Source: Priapulus caudatus (lineage: Eukaryota). Taken from it: a stretch of DNA of 64,000 nucleotides. This document shows, in pieces, positions 49,861-63,421 of this stretch. Every line of letters starts with the position of its first letter. The stretch's first letter is position 1. The translations under genes were made by a program, and so were the position numbers. Under the pieces are notes generated by a model that was not told the DNA's origin, made no database searches, and saw nothing but the letters and a program-made list of their open reading frames with translations. The DNA lies in NCBI RefSeq assembly GCF_000485595.1, contig NW_014577074.1, positions 1,247,420-1,311,419 of the forward strand, written 5' to 3'.

Positions 49861-52800
49861 GACGTAGTGGTACATCTTGGTGCCACACTCCGCTCATGCG
49901 TGCTTTCCACATCTATATGTGCCCATTAAGAATTTACGTTTTTTATTTGTCTTCTTTACTTTGCTTGAGTTACACGTTCATTAGATAAAGGAGAGAGAGC
50001 GCAGCCTCCAGCGCGGGGAAGGAAGGGAGCACGTACAAACAGGGAAGCAACGGGGGCTCACATAATTAACGTGAAAATGTTTCGTCAGCCCTGACTGACC
50101 GGCAATTGCAGACAGGCGTTGGCAGACGAATACGTGAATGTGCGATTTTGAAAGTATATTAACTATAGCGCTCGGTCAAATAAATTAATCAAAAATGATC
50201 GCTGATGCATGAAATATTAAACCTAATTTCTGGAGTGCATTGTGAACTACTCGTGCAATATATGTGTGCCGACGTCGGCCTGGACACTGAGCACCAGTTT
50301 CGTAGCCGCAGGGTGAATATGCGACGTAAAGCAGCGACTGGGCGCTTGTGAAGAACCGCCGTGCAATGCAACTAACTATACTGTTGAAGCATTGATGGGA
50401 TGTTGAGTGTCTATAATACTGTCTATGATTGTTGCGTATTTTCCGGAGGGTGGCGCGCTATACACATCCAGCCACATATCTCTCGCGCATCTCCACCTGT
50501 CTGCTGTGTTTACTACGACGAAGACCTAGTTTCGTGACTTACATTTAATTAGCCGATTTTAGGTGGATTATGACATGCACAGATCAAATAAATCTGGGTC
50601 ACGGGTGCCGATTAAAATGTGCCGTTGTGCGTTTTGCATATATAGCCCCGCGGCCTCCTTATATAAAAGCGATACTTCTAGCACAGGGGTGGTACAGATG
50701 TAGACGAGCTGTTGAGATCTACATTGTTCCTTTCTATGCACGCGTACACGCCACATGGGCCGGGGAATGGTGGCGTGTCTCTCTATCAATGTGGCCCTGA
50801 CCTAGGTAAATTGCGCAACGTTAAAAAGACACCGCACTTTCTTCACCTGTTTCGTATTTCTTTCGCAAATAACTTGTTTACTTGCAATTGTTCGAATGTC
50901 TTTGATATGTCCTTGTACTGTTAGTATCGACCACATCTGTATTTAAGTAAACGGCGCTTCTTTTATTGGTGATGTGAGAAGCCCATCCCAGCACGCATAT
51001 ATATCGTATATGCGATACTGTTGGTATATGTGTGATTGTATAGATCCATGTATGTATAGGCAGGGTAGAATGGTCGTGTCTTTGTCAACTTATTTCAGTT
51101 TTTAATTATTTCGTGAGGCTCAACTACTACGGCATGCAGTCGTGAGTATACGAGTCGTTTGGATATTTTTTTGGTAGGTATTTGTGGCGTAAATTATACC
51201 TAGTATAACTGTAAATATGATTAAAAGCTAAAATATTAGCATTCTCTATAACGTCTTCAGTCATTGTACTCGTTGATGTGTGCCAGCTAGGGGAAAGGTG
51301 TAGACGTGTCTGACATTCGTGATTGAAGCAATAGTACCGTGAACCTTTATTCCAAATTCAGTTGAAGAATACTAGTGTCGCTCGCCATCCGAGTTTGTTA
51401 GCTGTCTGGGCGCAAATGTGCCAGAACCACTTACACATGTCCGTTTAAAAAATGTGAAGTATAGCGATAGAGTCGGCCACTTTTTTCCCCTGGTTTGTGT
51501 GATGCTATGTTTTGTTGCGAAAGGTGACGGCTTTCATTTTGTGAGGTCATTGTTCAAGTTATAATACGATCTAAGTTTAACGCAATTATGTTATCAAAGA
51601 GTTCTTCTGGTCACTGCCAGACAATAAGTGTCTGTTTAAACTTGCCCTCTGAGCACGCGATTTAATGGCACAATCTTTGCCATTCAACTGCTAATCTGGG
51701 CTGCGCTCCTGTGCCCAAATAAAGTTGGCGCTCTTTCTCTGCGATGCTTACTTCTTATCTGTTATTTGCAGCCTGTTCTATTGTGCTGCTTTCGTTGTGA
51801 ATATAGGCGGGGTAATATAATCTTAGATTGTTCAGGCCAATAATAATTGATTGGGTGATCCCATAATAATTACTTCTCGTCAATTCCGGGCAGGCAGACT
51901 GTGTAGGCGCTGCTCTTCAGCTTAATGTCGTGTATATTCATGAGCAGCTGCCCCTCCAAATGGTAATAACCTCGGATGAACTTCAAATGGCATTGAAATG
52001 GCGAGAAAAAGCAAAACAAATTTGAAATCGTTTTTAAATGTATCCACTCACACGTAACTAGGTATATTGCGGTCACACAGTTCATCCGGCTATTCATGAC
52101 ACCTTCATAACCTGAATATCACACTGACTAATATGTGTTTGGCCGTTTGAAAGGTCTAGTAGTAGACTTTTCTCAACTACAAAGAAAAAAATACATTTCC
52201 GGTTTTTCGGTCAGATAACCTTGTCAGTTTAGTATCACGCAATTTATCTGATTTATGGCTAAGCTCCCGTACTATTATAATGCTTGTAACGCCTTTCAGA
52301 TTACAGTAATATCAGTATCTGAGTGTGTGAATTTTTTAGTGTGTGCATCAGAGCGTTAGCATGAGTTTCATGAGCTTGATGATGGTTTTGATATAATTTT
52401 ATGGTTACCATTTTGTTATAAATTATATATATCGTTTAAAATTAGAAAGCGATTGCGTTCATGCGGGGCCAGACCGGCCGTTATGTGGAAAACGCCCAGC
52501 AACCAACAAACCTGATTTCCCTTCTGATACTCATTTCACGTGTCCTTGCGAGACGCGCAATTTGCATCACATTATCGTTGAAATTCGGCTGCCATGTAAC
52601 AGTGTTAGAAACGGGAACGGATTTCATGCACGTCAATGAACACCCTAAATCGTTAAAGCGTAATTTATTGGTTAGCGTATGAGGTTATTGTTGTTGTTAT
52701 AATATAATCATGATAGAGGCCGGCAGCCCTCTGCCGGTATAACGATGTTTTAATGAGGGTTAATAAATCCCGTGTGAGGGTTTTTGTATTCTTGATATAT

Positions 52801-52942
52801 GTCCGCTGTTAGTGCTGCTAGACTGAGCGCGTGTTGCTGTCTCAGCATCTCACTGCGTGCATAATTACTCCACGTGCGATAGTCATTTATTTTAGTTAAT
52901 TACAAAACAGTGCAAGATTAAATTAGCATTAAAAATATCAAA

Positions 52943-53290
52943 TTTTTTTGCAATTATAAATAGATTATCTGGTGTAATTATGTGCGTTACCGGCAATGAG
53001 TTTGCGAATTACAAAAGCGGGCAGGTGTGTGTTAAAGAAATAATAGGTCCATTGATTATGCAATGTTGACGAATGCTAGAGTAACTGGTACTATATTATA
53101 CGCGTTTGGCTATAAGGTAATGTACTTATTAACTACACAAGGTGCCAGTTACTCTAGCATTCGTCAACATTGCATAATCAATGGACCTATTATTCCTTTA
53201 ACACACACCTGCCCGCTTTTGTAATTCGCAAACTCATTGCCGGTAACGCACATAATTACACCAGATAATATATTTATAATTGCAAAAAAA
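52943..53290. repeat. Near-perfect long inverted repeat (146-bp arms, 56-nt spacer)
   Basis: 52943-53088 is the reverse complement of 53145-53290, with about two mismatches. Confidence 0.95.
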
Positions 53291-53719
53291 TGAAGGATTT
53301 TGGATGGTTTTTGCTTTCCATTATTGGTACGTACATAAACTTATCCACGTTTCAAGCTTAGACTAAACTGTTGGCGTCTACGGTGGTTGGTCTTGAGGCT
53401 CTGATCGTGTGACGCATAGATCTTGTAATTACCTGATGCCACCCATGTGCGAGCGCGAGATGTTGAGAGCTGATGCCAGTGGCGTAGAATATCAATTAGA
53501 CAAACAGCCGTCGCCTTTATCCGCAATGTTCGTCATTCACAATAATATGACTCCTCTGATAAGAAAACATTTTCCCCGGACTCGGAGTGCGGCAACCCAG
53601 GAGTATATATGTAATTGGCTGCTCGCGTTAGGAAAAATCGTCGAAATCCCCCATAAGTACATTTATGCCGATAGTTTCTTGTAACGTGATCAGCGTCGCG
53701 AGGAAAAGGGTAATTAACG

Positions 53720-53720
53720 T

Positions 53721-53751
<31 letters not shown>

Positions 53752-53849
53752 GCTACTATACTGCTGCTGCTGCTGCTGCTGCTACTACTGCTGCTGCTGC
53801 TGCTACTACTCTGCTGCTGCTGCTACTACTGCTGCTGCTGCTGCTACTG

Positions 53850-53890
<41 letters not shown>

Positions 53891-53942
53891 ACTACTGTCT
53901 GCTGCCCACCCTTGATCCTTACTTACGCTGCTGCTGCTGCTG
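53720..53942. repeat. (CTG/CTA)n triplet repeat
   Basis: Direct reading. Confidence 0.95.
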
Positions 53943-54781
53943 ACAACGTGCCGCACCGAACCTCTGCCTAACGATCTCCTCGTAGTGACCTGCAGTGAGA
54001 GCATGCATGCTCGATGCACAGGCACTTATATTACTCTATATAATTTTGTTGTTTGTGAACAGCGGCGTGCGTGGGTGCGTGCGGTGTACTTGTGTGATGC
54101 AGAGGAGCGGTCGAACGGCATTTACACGAATAATTATCAATAACAATAGGCGAAAGAGCGCGCAGAGAAACATTAAAACTTTGGTAGTAAAATAAAGTAA
54201 ATACATGATTTCGTGTTTATTTACCATCATTTTTAGCAGGAGTGAATAATAATGAATAATTAAGGAATGAATAATCTATCATTAGTATCATTATCTATTC
54301 AATCAGTATAGTATTGAAACGTTCGCGTTGCAAGTGCCCGTGGCTCGATGCGCCGCCTCGTTGCTGGAGCGCGGTGATTTATCTGCGATCCCGTCTCTCC
54401 GGCCACGCCAATTAAGCCCCGAGTAGCACGACCTGTATTGTGTGCTGTGTGGCGAGGGGCGGCTGCGATTTTACGCGGGGGGGGGGCGGGGGCAACTCGG
54501 CCATGTCCATCGGGCGCGCTCCTCGGCTGCTCTTATAGATGTGAAATGTGTGTCACGCACGCATTCATGGCTGAAATCACGACGTCCGGCCGGCTGGCTG
54601 TGTGCGCGCACGCATGCGTCATCATCATCTGCATTGACCCCCTCACCATGCAGACAAGATCGTGCGGATTTAGCTGCGCGCGATCAAACCTGCATGATTA
54701 ATGCCAGTGTTGCATACATGCTATAATTGTCGTGCGGCAGCGCCGAACTGGGGCACGCGTGGTGTCAACAGTTACAGTGGT

Positions 54782-55054
54782 TGTGTGTGTGTGTATGTGT
54801 GTGTGTGTGCGTGCGTGCGTGTGCGTGTGCGTGCGTGCGTGCGTGTGTGTCTGTGTGTGTGCGCACTGCGCGCTCGTGTGTGCGTGCGCCTGCGCGTGCG
54901 CGTGTGCGTGTGCGTGTGCGTGTGTACGCGTGTATGCGCGCGCGCGCGTGTGTGGGCGGGTGTGTAAATGTATATGTGTGCGCGCACGCGCGTGTGTGCG
55001 TGCACGTGCATGTGTTTGTGTTCTGTTCGTGTGCGTGTGCGCGTGCGCGCGTGT
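54782..55054. repeat. (GT/GC)n alternating purine-pyrimidine tract
   Basis: Direct reading. Confidence 0.9.
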
Positions 55055-58000
55055 ATAAAGACCAGAGTTTAGAGGCTAAAGGGTGACAAAAGCGTGAGCT
55101 CTTTATTCGCGTTGTGCAACAAGCAGTTGTTTCCTGCAGTCCCCCGGTTATTAGCGTGTAAGGGGTCTTCTCTATCCGCTGCGGCGTGTTTTATTGTATA
55201 ACAGCAGCGGGCGCTTGTATCATACCGGTACCGTAGGTGGGCGTTGTTGTTATCAGCTGACGGCTAATGGTCGCAGCGCAGCGGGCGTGCCCACCCAGCC
55301 GCAGCGCAGTGTTGCGTCACGGAGTATTGTTTGCATGTCTAAATAGATCCACGGTGTGTCTGAGGTTCACTGCCCTACTTTCGAGTTAAACTTTTCATCT
55401 GCGAGGCCTGCCCGTGTGCCCTGACCTGAAGCTTGATAGTGGCGGCGGTTGTGACAGCCGCTTGCACACACACAACAACACACACACATACACACACATA
55501 CACACTACCGATGTGCTAGTCACTCTGTAGTGTTCTGGTGTGGTGCTCTCTCTGTGTCTATCTCTCTTCCAGTTTCTTACACGTGTCCGCGTGTGCGCAT
55601 GTTTACTATAGTGTGTGTTTGCATCCTTACTTTCCTGGTGAATGGCAGAGTGTGCATGCGGACTAATATGTAATACCGCTCGGTGACCAAAGCAGCGTTA
55701 ACGAAAATGTCTTCTACTTGTCGTCGTCATCAACAACTAACCCACGGAGTTTTAGCATAGTCGATTCGTGTGCTCACGGTGCGGTGTGTTTCCATCGTTC
55801 ATCATGACCATATGGGAGTGGTTGGATTACAATGAGAGTATCGGAACCGAGTGCTTCAGGAACGGTCACAGCAGTGGCGGCAGCAATAGTCACGGCAGCG
55901 GTGCGTATATATATGCTACGGTGTGGTCAGCGTTGTCGGGGGTTGTCGCCGTGTAGGACGGTGCAGACGCGTTGGTGAAAGACGCTGACGGAAGATGGCG
56001 CGTGGGAGGTTTAGCGCTCGTAGTTTGAACAGGTCGATGTTACTGCGGTGTTTTATTACTGACTGCTGCCTGCTCGGTGAACATTCACCGTATCGTATCT
56101 AAGTAATATTCTTTCCGTCTAGGATAGATGAGAAAGAAGATCTGAGGTAATGTGTACACAGCGGCAATCTATGCAGATGACTAGTTCAGGTGAAGGCGGC
56201 GCGTACGACGTAATAACTTTGATGTTCCGGGCGAGGGTCTAAGAGCGTCCGTTCGTGTTATTCTAGAATAAATATTAGGATTGTAATGTGGGAAGGTTGA
56301 TTATATATCGGAGCGTGATGTAACCGCGCGCACTGTGAAAAGAACGTTTTTTGTCATTTTTAAAAGGGTGGATGATTTCATTCGTCATCGACGAAATTTC
56401 CGCGAATCGGCTGTCATGCGTTGAAGCGGTTTACAGTTACGTCCCGCACAAAGGGGATGCTAAGCAAAAGCTCAGATTAAATTCGCAAAGTTTCATATAT
56501 AAATGTCTGGCTACTGCCCGATCTCGCATCGTATCATATATATTTCACAATCGCTAGATGTGAAGCCTACCTATGAATAAATGACTTCCTGCGTTTGCCC
56601 CTGCGGCGTTGTGCTCATCGCTATTTGCATGTGAGGCCTCCATCTGCCATCCATAATGTATGAATAGTCAGCAAATATTATGCAAGAATAGACTAGGATG
56701 TGCAATATTGATAGCCTGAGCTATCATAGCACTAAACATACAGTGGCCGCGGCTAACGTTCTAACCGATGCGTATTACTACGAGTAGTGGTTTATCAAGC
56801 CTCGGGGCAGGCTTCCTCCTGCGTGTACAAGTGTGTTAATTGTCTGCACTAAGGAACTGGAGTGGGGGGGGGGTGACAGGCAGCTAGACATTATGATTGT
56901 ATTGGATATTTCAGTGCAGTCCAAGTCAGTTGGTTAATGCCACTGATCTCTATATAGTAACTCGATAGCGCTAGTCCTACACACCGTGACACGGTCGGTA
57001 AGAAAGTGACGCCACCGCACCACTGCCGCCATCTTGCCACCACCCCTAAAAGTTGATATCTGCCGGTGTGCGCCCCACAACATTTCAATTGGATAATGGC
57101 GAAATATACAGCTTATTTTATTATTTTTATTCGCATGAAAACAAACTTTGGTAAACACACGATAGATTTGATATATTTTTACAGATAGATAAATATATAC
57201 AACGAAAGAGACAAAAGATATGATAGTCTATACATAAAGGATTTGGATGTGACGTCACGAGTCACCTGAAAATTCGACTCAGTCTATTGGCCTGACGGTA
57301 GGTCGAGGAGTGGTGTCATGGCGTCTGGTGACTTATTGGCCACCAAGAGCTATCCATGCAGTTAGTCAGGAGTTCAGTGGTTAATGCACGGCCAGGTATA
57401 TGCTACAGCACGGGATGTATTATATATTATTATACAGCCCAGTAAATCTTGATCGTAAATTTATTTGTCATTTCTTCACAGAAAGGAGTACATACGATAG
57501 AGATAGGACCATGTGCTTGCGTGCTATGTGCGGGCTGCGTGTCTGCTAATAGTAACATGCGTGCGTGCATGCGTTTATTTGATCGTGCATGCATGTCTGT
57601 ATACCGCCATGGGCGTGCGCACAACACCCCCATTTCACCGTAATAGCCAGTAACCGCTAACCACCGGTACAACAACCAGCTATATTATATCGCTGATTTC
57701 ACGGAACGCGTCACATGCTGTTGCGATGCGTCATGCATGGTGGAAAAGAGGGGACTAACCCCTTTAATCAACCGCTGTGCTACTGCGAGCCTCAGCGACT
57801 TTTAAGTGCCATCAACCGCTCGCGCTGCGAGCAATGTGTGGCAGTAGGTCTAGCACTCGTTACCTCTATAAGTACCCCTTACTCCGCGGCTGAGCAAACA
57901 CTTCTGTGAGCCGGCAGACGGGGGAGCGCTGGGGACAGTCTACCGGCAATGTCTCCCGATGGGGGTGTGCACCTTGTGGGCGGAGCCTGGTGACTGTGAG

Positions 58001-59993
58001 GCGCATTCATGCGCCAGTCTACACATACAGACAGATTAACCCATAGACCTGCTTGTGACATGATTGTCTCTGCGGCCACCAGCCATTTACTTTTACACTC
58101 GAATTCTTTTGTGCCGACGTGAACTAGTTTCGTCTGTAGGCCAGCGATGGGTTTCACTTGTGTTTTTTGACTGTTGATGTTTTACTTTCTAAAAAAACCG
58201 CATTTATCGCACAGTGAATGTCCAGCCCACTGAATGCGCAGCCGAAAGGCGACCCAGATATCTTGGTCATATATCAACTGGGTTCGTCGGCATGCGAAGG
58301 AATTAAGAAGATTCCGTTTTAGTAGTTATGCATACCTAATGGGTTTTAGGTGGGGTATGAAGACCACAGGCACTTGGTCAATAAAAAAAAGAAGGTAAAT
58401 AAACATGAAATATATTTACTACCAAAGTCTTAATGTTTCTCTATTCTATTTCGCCTATAATCACCTGTAAATGCTGGTCAAATGCTCATCTGCAGCACAC
58501 AAGTACACCGCACGCTAGCTGCTGCACACTGACACATAAAAAGGAAGGATCCTCACGAAATAATCAGGTAGGAAAGTGTGCTGCCAAAATTCGCTCAACG
58601 CTCGCTTGATTTCATACGAATACAACACAAATATTCAACCATTCTACTCCATCTTTGTTTCTATTGGAAGAACAGTGTTCACTTGTTATAAAAACATACT
58701 GTCTGTGTTCGTAACCGAGCTGTGTCACACAAAGCCTGACGAAATTCTCGCGTTCGCTCCCGTTGCGCAGTTTATGTAAATGGCTGCAAGTACACTTTAT
58801 TAAGTATACTTAAGACGCTTTTGAATATATAGAATATAGGAGGAAAAATAATCGCCAAGGAACTCTCTGCTTACTCTCTGGGGTTTCTCTTGTTCATACG
58901 CATTTTTACATTGGCAGACAAAGGCAGGTATAATGTGGAAGGGACTTTCTTTAACGCGCGCGCCTAATTGTAGAATCGAACTGAAATCTGTCACGGTGCA
59001 CATAGCACGCTACAGAGCGCTGAAGAAGCCCTCTGAGAGCTGCCTTCGCAATTAGATAGCGGGAGAAGATTCTCAGTTTAAACGGTTTATTGATGGCAGT
59101 AGCTGGGCAGCCGCATGTTAGGTCACAGGGGCTTTCTCACCGTCGTCGCGATTACCATTTCGCGCTCACTGGGGGCGGCGCTCGAGGTGAAATGTCAGCG
59201 GCAGGCGCGCGCGCGGTGGCGTCGCCGTGCGTGCGTGCGTGCGTGCAGCGTGAGCGTTTCAGCGTTTTCTCTCCGATTCGGTGCCGCGCACACGGCGTCG
59301 TTGAATCTCACAGGAACTGTTGCGTTCTCGAACGTTTCACAATAACGTCGAGGAGTCGGTCACGCAAAACCGAAAACCTGTCTCGTGTTCAAGTATAATA
59401 TCAAGAGCTCTTGATAATATGCGAGCCTGTCGACGGCAGCGGGAGATCGGGTTGCGGGCGGTGTTGGGGTGGGGGGGGGGTGTCCAATCGCAGTCACCTT
59501 TTAGTGGAGATCGATAAGAACGCCGAGCCAAGACTGGCCTTATAGACATTCCAAATCGCTAGCCAGTGAAATCGTGTTCGACAAATGTGTTAATTGGGTC
59601 GTATTGGGTTTTGCAGTAAATTGTTTTTTCGCACGTGCTAATATAATAACCAGATGCAGCAGTGTGTACGTAGCAGCAGGTGGTGGTAGACAGTAGTAAT
59701 TAACTCTGTCTAGCAGCAGCTACCGTGTGCCGCGACGGGCGATGGTTAGAAGCGATGTATAATGTATACACGCGGGTCAGTGTTTTACCTGAGCAAACTC
59801 ACTTTGCTTCTGAGCGTAATGAAGTGTTCGCTGAACACTGCGGTTTAAATATCAAAGGAATTGTGCTGCAATTATTTGACAGGTTTGTTTGTAGCAAAGC
59901 AGCGTTCGTTTGAATAATGAATTTGATTTATAACTTCAGCAATCGCAGCAGTCGTTGATCTCATCTCTCTCTCTTTTTCTCCGTGCGTTTCAG

Positions 59994-60149
59994 GTGGCTA
60001 CAACGACGGAACAAGTTATCATTTCAAGATCCTCGTGCCAAGCGTGGCAGCTGGGGCCATCATTGGCAAGGGCGGGGAAACGATCGCACAACTACAGAAA
60101 GAATGCGGGGCCAAAATAAAGATGTCAAAGGCAAACGATTTATATCCAG
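59994..60149 (+). CDS. NOVA: Nova/pasilla exon encoding most of KH1
   Basis: Polypyrimidine tract + cag acceptor. Reads [52 protein letters not shown] with the GxxG loop. 156 nt, phase 1-1, donor gtaaga. The gene continues beyond the window. Confidence 0.95.
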
Positions 60150-60449
60150 GTAAGAGAGTCAGCCCGTGTTTCTGCACGAGGTGCACCCTAGGGCCTTGCT
60201 ACGTTTGTATAATGCAGGGTTATCCATTGCTGCAGAGTGGAACATTTATTCCCTACTATACGTCAGGTTGTTGAGATAATCATGTGCGTCCTTAAATTAA
60301 TAATCGCCATGAGAAAGGTTGCAGACGAGATAAGTGTAATCACGCTGTATCGGCGTCATATGAAATTCAGTTTGCACAGAAAAATCCATATATCCATTAT
60401 TAAGAAGCAAGCACCACCGGCACGCGCCAGCCCCGCGCACGTGCGCACG

Positions 60450-60481
<32 letters not shown>

Positions 60482-61558
60482 GCCCGAGCGATACCCGTGC
60501 GGTTCCATCTGATATTTGTTAACAATAATCATCGATCGCGTATCTGTACCGATGAAAAATTTATCGCAACTAAATTTCGTTAAATGCGGCCATTGATGTC
60601 GGGGCGCGCGCCTCATCAATCATCGTCCGCAGCCTGCCAGCCTCCATGCAGGCGAGCGAGCGACCGGCGGCTTCGATGCCCTTTCGCCGCGCGAGAACGT
60701 CATTTGACGGAGAGCGCGGAATGTTCTCGCGTATGCTTTCACGCCGGATGTTTTCCGTTTTATGGGGGAAAACAAGGTACGGAGCTGCAGCTTCAATAAT
60801 GCAGCGTCTGACGCCGATGCCGCTTGCGCCTGCCGGTGGCCATCTTACAGACTTTGTTGGCATGCATGCGCGCCGTTAGTACATAATTTATTGTCGCGTT
60901 CTTGTCATTAGTTTTCGCGCGCGCGCTCGTTAGTGTCAGTAAAACGAACGCAGGTGCATGCGCCTCTGCGTCTTCTTCCTCTGGAATCACGAATCTCTGT
61001 CATCGTCTCTCGTGCATCAGGCCTGGCGCACGCCGCCTGCTGCCTGCCCTGCAGCCTACTGGCGATCTCTCTCCCTGATAATACTATCGTTCACTATTAA
61101 AAGAGCCTATTAAGATCAATTGTAGAGCGTAATGAGAGGTTCCAGTGATCCCAATGAATGAGCGAGGCAGCGAGCGAGAGAGTGTGCGTGCGTGCGTGAT
61201 GTGTGCGTGTATGGCAATGTGTTTCCAACGTTTAGTAGAGTTTCCAGAGGCAAAACCTCTTTGAAAGACTTTCAAGAGGGAGCGAGAGTAATTAGCCAGA
61301 GGGCCGGGAAGCGTAAAGTAGGTGGGATTTTCTCCTGGTTTGTCTGGAAACGGTAATCGTCATGGCATATGGGAATTTTACGTCAATAAGGATCTGAAAG
61401 AGGGAGAGAGAAGGGCGAGGAGGGGGTGGGACGGAAGGAGGAAGAAGGGAGGTTGGGCAGGAGAGAGGGAGGGACTGTATGAGGATGGGAGGGAGAGAGA
61501 GAGGAGGAGGCAGCGATAAAAGATGGAGCGAGAGGAAGAAAGAGAGAGATGGTGAGTG

Positions 61559-61622
<64 letters not shown>

Positions 61623-62819
61623 TGATGTGTGCGTGTATGGCAGTATGTTTCCAACGTTTAGTATAGACTTTCCAGAGGCAAAACCTCTATCGAATCGCCA
61701 TACTTGTCAAAAATCCAACCGTGTTTCCACACATGCAAGCTCGTAATTAGTGAGTCGGTGGATCTGGACGGGATTAGATTTTAAACGGTATATAGCGAGA
61801 GCAATTCAGTAATGATTAGTTTCACTGGTGATGCCTATACATTTCCTTTACCAAACCGGGAGACGTTACTTGTGTGAAACTTCGCATATCGTTAACGCTA
61901 ACCATTACAATTACCTATTATTGTTAGTGGATAGCGAGACACTGCTTCCTTCCATCGGCCATTAATGGCGTCGTCAGGCTTCAGTTAAAAATCTAATTGT
62001 GATAGCTCTAAAACCTTTTACCGAGCAAATCACTGCACGGAGTGTGTGCTTACACGGTCAGTCACTAGTAGTAGGAGCGGTGCATGCACTCGTGGCAGGG
62101 TGAGTGAAATATGGCTTTGGCTTAGTTTGGCGTGTGAGCACGGGCTATACGTCTGTCACCAGGGGCCTGATTATCAGAGCGTCGCACTGAACATACACTG
62201 ATGTAAGTGCACGGTTGCCGTGTATATACTTACATCGGTGAGAAAGTTTCCGTCTCGCCGCGTATCGAGGGTGTTAGAAGTTTCGCGTGCCCTTTTCGCT
62301 ATACGGACGGTTTATGATGTGTCGTGCTGAAGTTGAAGGCATGCAATAGGAGGCTTTTTGTGAATTGAGATTGCTTTTCTCAACGGACCGAATCGACATT
62401 TGGGAAGGGGGGGGGGGAGAGAGAATGAAGCCAACAGACTCGCTCGTGGTTAAGGTAGATGCTCAGATATATTTTATTGCGCGCCACAGTAGCCGGTTCA
62501 CGTACATATATATATACCTAAGGCCGCGTACGCTCCAAGACGGCATGGTGCAGCAGGGCAACACCTCCCGGCAGGCAGGGTATAACAGTGACCCATCTTA
62601 TAAAAACTGCGCGCCATAGCCCGCGGACGAGTGCTGTGCTCGCTATATGAGGGCGCACGCGCAGTTACAAACCTATTGCAGCTCGCCGATTTCGAAGGAA
62701 GAAGGGTCATCGCATATGTACAAGAGCGCACGACTTTCTGTGTATTTTCATTTCGGAAAAAAATTCGGAGGAGAAACGCACATATTTATGCACGACATTT
62801 CCCACCCCTCGCTCTCTAA

Positions 62820-63421
62820 CATGGTTCGCACAGTCCTTGAAAAGTCCTTGAATTTGAGGGTAGTCCTTGAAAAGTACTTGAATTTAGTAAATGTTGATTT
62901 TGTGCTTGAAAAGTGCTTGAATTTCATGAAAATGTCCTTGAATTTCATGAAAATGTCCTTGAATTTCATGAAAATGTCCTTGAATTTTTAGAAAGAATCC
63001 TTGCCGGTAATAAAAAGAAATTTTGTACCATCAATAATGTGCAAACCTCAATAAAAATTGCGTTAAATGAGCTTAAAAAGCTATAGACACGATAGACAGT
63101 TAAATGATGATCACAAATTACAGTAAGTCAGTAAAATCAGTCAGTAAATCAAGGTATGTTGTAGAAGTGACAGTGTTTAGAAGGGTTTATTAATGTGATC
63201 CAGGTAAGTTTTAGAGGTGACATGCAGTGATTAAGAATGGGATCTTAAATTAATTAACCAAAATTAATTATGGGTTATTAAATTAATCCAGGTATGTTTT
63301 GTTCTGTGTATGAATTCCGATAAAATGTCTGATAAAATGTTCTTGAATTTTCGATAAAATGTCCTTGAAAAGTCCTTGAAAAGTCCTTGGAAAACATTTC
63401 AGTCCTCCTGTATGAACCATG
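62820..63421. mobile_element. hAT-like MITE with 5-bp TSD and tccttgaa subterminal repeats
   Basis: CATGGTTCGCACAG / CTGTATGAACCATG termini, TCTAA on both sides, and internal 21-bp tandem units. Confidence 0.8.

Noticed and set aside
54618..54650. YCAY cluster for Nova autoregulation
   Set aside because: Only a few motifs, far from any identified exon, and indistinguishable from a (CAT)n microsatellite.
56123..56146. Possible 24-nt poison micro-exon in Nova (tctag|GATAG...GAG|gtaatg)
   Set aside because: The splice-like signals are plausible, but such matches are expected by chance in 30 kb. There is no support without RNA data.
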